From an uncultured virus (IMG/VR IMGVR_UViG_3300028840_008159) (lineage: Duplodnaviria; Heunggongvirae; Uroviricota; Caudoviricetes), in IMG/VR virus record IMGVR_UViG_3300028840_008159: DNA of 64,000 nt. One strand, 5' to 3'. Below are positions 60,999 through 64,000 of the stretch, one piece after another. Made by a program: the position numbers and the translations under genes. Each line of letters opens with the position of its first letter. Positions within the stretch are counted from its first letter, which is position 1. The notes under the pieces are model-generated. The model was not told the DNA's origin. It made no database searches and saw only the letters and a program-made list of their open reading frames with translations.

Positions 60999-63307
60999 AT
61001 GATCGAACCCAAGCCCGAGTACAACATCGGAACCCGCGCCGTGACTCATCGCCAGGCCGCGAACGCGATCTTTAACAAGTTGAACTTCGCGTTGTCAGTC
61101 GCCCACGTCAACCCGACCTCGGGCGCCCTGGTCAAGGTTCTGAGCGAGGCGTTGCTCCTGTCCGACGCCATCGTCAAGGAGCCCACGCCGGAGGAGGAGA
61201 AGGCCAGGAAGGCCATGGAGGCTGCGGAAAAGGACCGCGAAGGAGCCACAAAATGACGGACGACGAGATGAAGGTGGAGTTGGAGGAAATAGAGCGACTC
61301 GTGAACGATATCTGGGATTCCGTCCTCGTGTTCAGGCGTCGCGGGACGGAGTTCCTCTTCGCCGCCAAGGAGAAGCAGGTCGTCCGCGCCCGCGCCCTCG
61401 CCGACCAGCTTATCGCGGAGGGGGATAGCGTCTTGGACCTCATCAAGAAAACGTCTATAAGCGACGATCTGGCGCAGGAGTTCATGAGGGTTTCCGGGAT
61501 GGACGTCCGCGACACGTCGGCGCGCCTGACCGAGGAGGTGGAGGGGATCATGGAATGCGTCAACAGGTGGATGTCGGCCAACCCGTAAGGGAGAAGAACG
61601 ATGCTTGAGGTTCTCGAGTTCCTGTTCAGCGACTTCTGGCACTGGCTCGGCGGCCTGCTCTACCTGGCCGTGATCGTCGGCGCCATCGGCTGCGTCGGGG
61701 TGAAGCAGATCAACAACTACGACGCCAAGTCCAAGAAGGAGGAGAAATGACCGTCTTTAGATACTGCGTCGACGCCGGGGAGACCGAGGATACGTTCCTG
61801 AACATAGAGGTTTGCCGAGCCACCAAGGAATGCCCCGACCGCGATACGCTGGAGTCATGCGACGAGGACGACCCGAAGTGGTGGGGAGAACCCCGCTGTT
61901 TCGAGATGAAGATCAAGAAATTCGAGGCCTTCCTGAAGGAGGCACGGATCGAGGTCCCGATCATGAAGCTCGAGAACAAGACCGGGACGAGGACGAGGCG
62001 CGTCTTCGAGGGGATCACCTTCCTCCAGTTCCACGCGAAGAAGCCGAGGGGGACCGACCAGAAGGTCCTCAAGTCTTCCGTCGACTGCCTTGACTTCCGA
62101 TCGCAGGCCCGGCGCGCCTGCGAGAAGCTCTATTCCAGGCTCTTGGGAGGGCGCCTCTGATGTCCGTCATGAAAATCGTCGTCACCCCGTCCGGTCCCCG
62201 CTGGGCCAGGAAGAGCGGCCTCTTCGGCAACGACAAACACCTCTGCAAGCATCCCTGGCCCCCCGAATGCTTTTGCCAGTGCGGAGAGAACGGGCTCGTC
62301 CTTGGAAATCGAGGCTCCTCGGCCGAGGAGGCGTTCGGTCACATGGTCACTGGAACGAGCCCCGCCGGGTACCGGACGGCCTTCTTCGAGGCCTTCCCGC
62401 CCATCGGTCCGTTCCGCCACAAGGACCCCGAGTTCCAGACGGACGGGTTGTTCATCCGTGGCGAGGGCAAGACGCTGCTCGAGGCCGAGGACGATTGCTG
62501 GCGCAAGTTCAGGCTCTACTACGACTGCCTCCACCACGAGATCGTCCGGCACCCCAAGCGAACGGACGGCTGGGCCCGTTGCAAGAAATGCGGGATGACG
62601 GGGTCGCTGCTGCCCCCTTCCACGAGGTGTTGCAAGTGCGACGCGCCGACCTACCATTACCGCGACGACGACAAGGGCGAGTGGTATTGCGAGGACTGCA
62701 TGGAACTCGCCGAGGGACAGCCCTGCCACATCTGCGGGAAGTCCAACCCGCCGACCACCCTCATGGAACCCGCCTGGTCCAAGAACCTCCCGAGGCCGTC
62801 CGAAGAGAAGCGCCCATACAGGGAGTTCCTCCACCCGGAATGCGAGGCTTCCGACGAGGACGGAAGACTCAGGACGAGACGCGCCTTCGACGAGCTTTTT
62901 AGCGGAAGGAAATGAGCATGTGGAACCAGCGCAAACAGAACGCCCAGCGAGGGGCCAAGGATCTCCAGAAGAAGCTGGGAGGCCGCCCATGGAAGACCCG
63001 GGTTTGGTTTAACATGGGCTGGCATTACTGCTGCTACCTCGCCGACGGGGAGATATCCGTCTACCCCGACGGCGACGGCAAGTTCCATTGCATGATCAAC
63101 GTCGATAGGGGGTTCGCCGGCGACTACAGGTGGAGCAAGCCACGACATTCCTACAAGGATCCGCGACTGGCCGTACGACGCACCGTCGAGGCCGCCGAGG
63201 AAGTCCTTTGCTTCGAGCTCACGAAGTTCAAGACGCTGCTTCACGATAATCGCAGGGTCGTCGACCCCATCCTCCGTAACAAGAAGCTCGCCACGAAGAA
63301 TACTTGA
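60999..63307 (+). other. Run of hypothetical CDSs (60999-61256, 61253-61588, 61601-61750 small membrane protein, 61747-62160, 62160-62915 Cys-rich, 62912-63307)
   Basis: Coupled ORFs with RBSs. Confidence 0.7.
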
Positions 63308-64000
63308 CGCTGCCCCTTATTTCAGGGAAGATCGCCCTCGAAAAGGGGGTGTTTCGTCATGAGCGTGGACTCAAGGGATCGTCCTGGCATGCTGAGCCCT
63401 GGGCCGGAAGGGATCCTCGACCCGGCGTCCGTCTTTCTCGGGGTCGTCAGCCGACCCGAGCGCGTCGTCCGTAGGGGAATGGGATGGAAGCTCATGGACA
63501 TCGCCTTCGCCAGGTGGCGGGAGGTGACGCTGCCGCTCAACGGTATCTTCCAGTATTCGGTATGGGCCGACGCCCACCCACGCGATCATGAGCCCGTCGG
63601 ATGGATGTCGTCACGTTGGGGGGTCGACCCCGTCGGTCATCCCGCCTGGCGAGTGGCCGACGGGGTCGCAGACGAGATAGTCGATGTCGATGAATGAGGA
63701 CCGAGTTGCGCGCATCGTGCCCGTGTTGCGTGATCGCACCGGCAGCGGCGTTGGAGGCCCCGGGGCTCGCGTCGCCGTCATGGTCTTGTTCAGGATACAT
63801 GAGGCTTGGTTCCCGCGTCGTAGATCGGTCATCCGATTGAAGGAGCTTGCCACCATCCTGGTCGCGGAGAGACTTGGGAATCCGTCATGAAGAGAATACC
63901 AACCGGGCGGCTGGAGGTGATCGTATGGTGGAGGATCCAGGAGAAGTGGAACAACATCCTGCACAAAACCTACGGAGGACCAGAAGAAGAAGTCTCCTTT

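Noticed and set aside
1..64000. Most long antisense and off-frame ORFs in the track
   Set aside because: Expected shadows of high-GC coding sequence; they lack RBSs and motifs and overlap better-supported genes. Only 1336-1896 has independent support
1..64000. Alternative genetic code
   Set aside because: TAA, TAG and TGA all terminate genes at tight junctions, and conserved enzymes are full length in code 11

Overview
High-GC (roughly 60-65% by eye), densely coding fragment with many short, stop/start-coupled ORFs, no host housekeeping operons and no recognisable capsid, terminase-large or tail genes. It reads best as the accessory region of a large (jumbo-type) tailed phage; this is an inference from gene content. 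Recognisable genes: a cupin-nucleotidyltransferase (RfaE2-like) fusion, four orphan C5 DNA methyltransferases (one split over two overlapping frames, one low-GC), a flavodoxin-family protein, RuvC, ClpP, two AAA ATPases, a CCA-adding/HD enzyme, a probable T3-type SAM lyase, a FimB/E-like tyrosine recombinase, a radical SAM protein, a SpoU methylase, and macro and WGR domain proteins. Main hunt result: five unrelated proteins share a terminal peptide W-x-x-x-(N/S)-C-(K/R)-(F/W/L)-A (six copies), and all five lie in units preceded by the same non-sigma70 motif AGGA-N16-CCNAA. This suggests a co-regulated, peptide-tagged cargo system, possibly virion packaging or maturation-protease processing. 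Also found: a second intergenic motif GTGAAA-NN-WAGGCCC (8 copies), many sigma70-like promoters with a 16-bp spacer, and a candidate structured RNA at about 31.96-32.16 kb. All family calls come from motifs read by eye; no searches were run.
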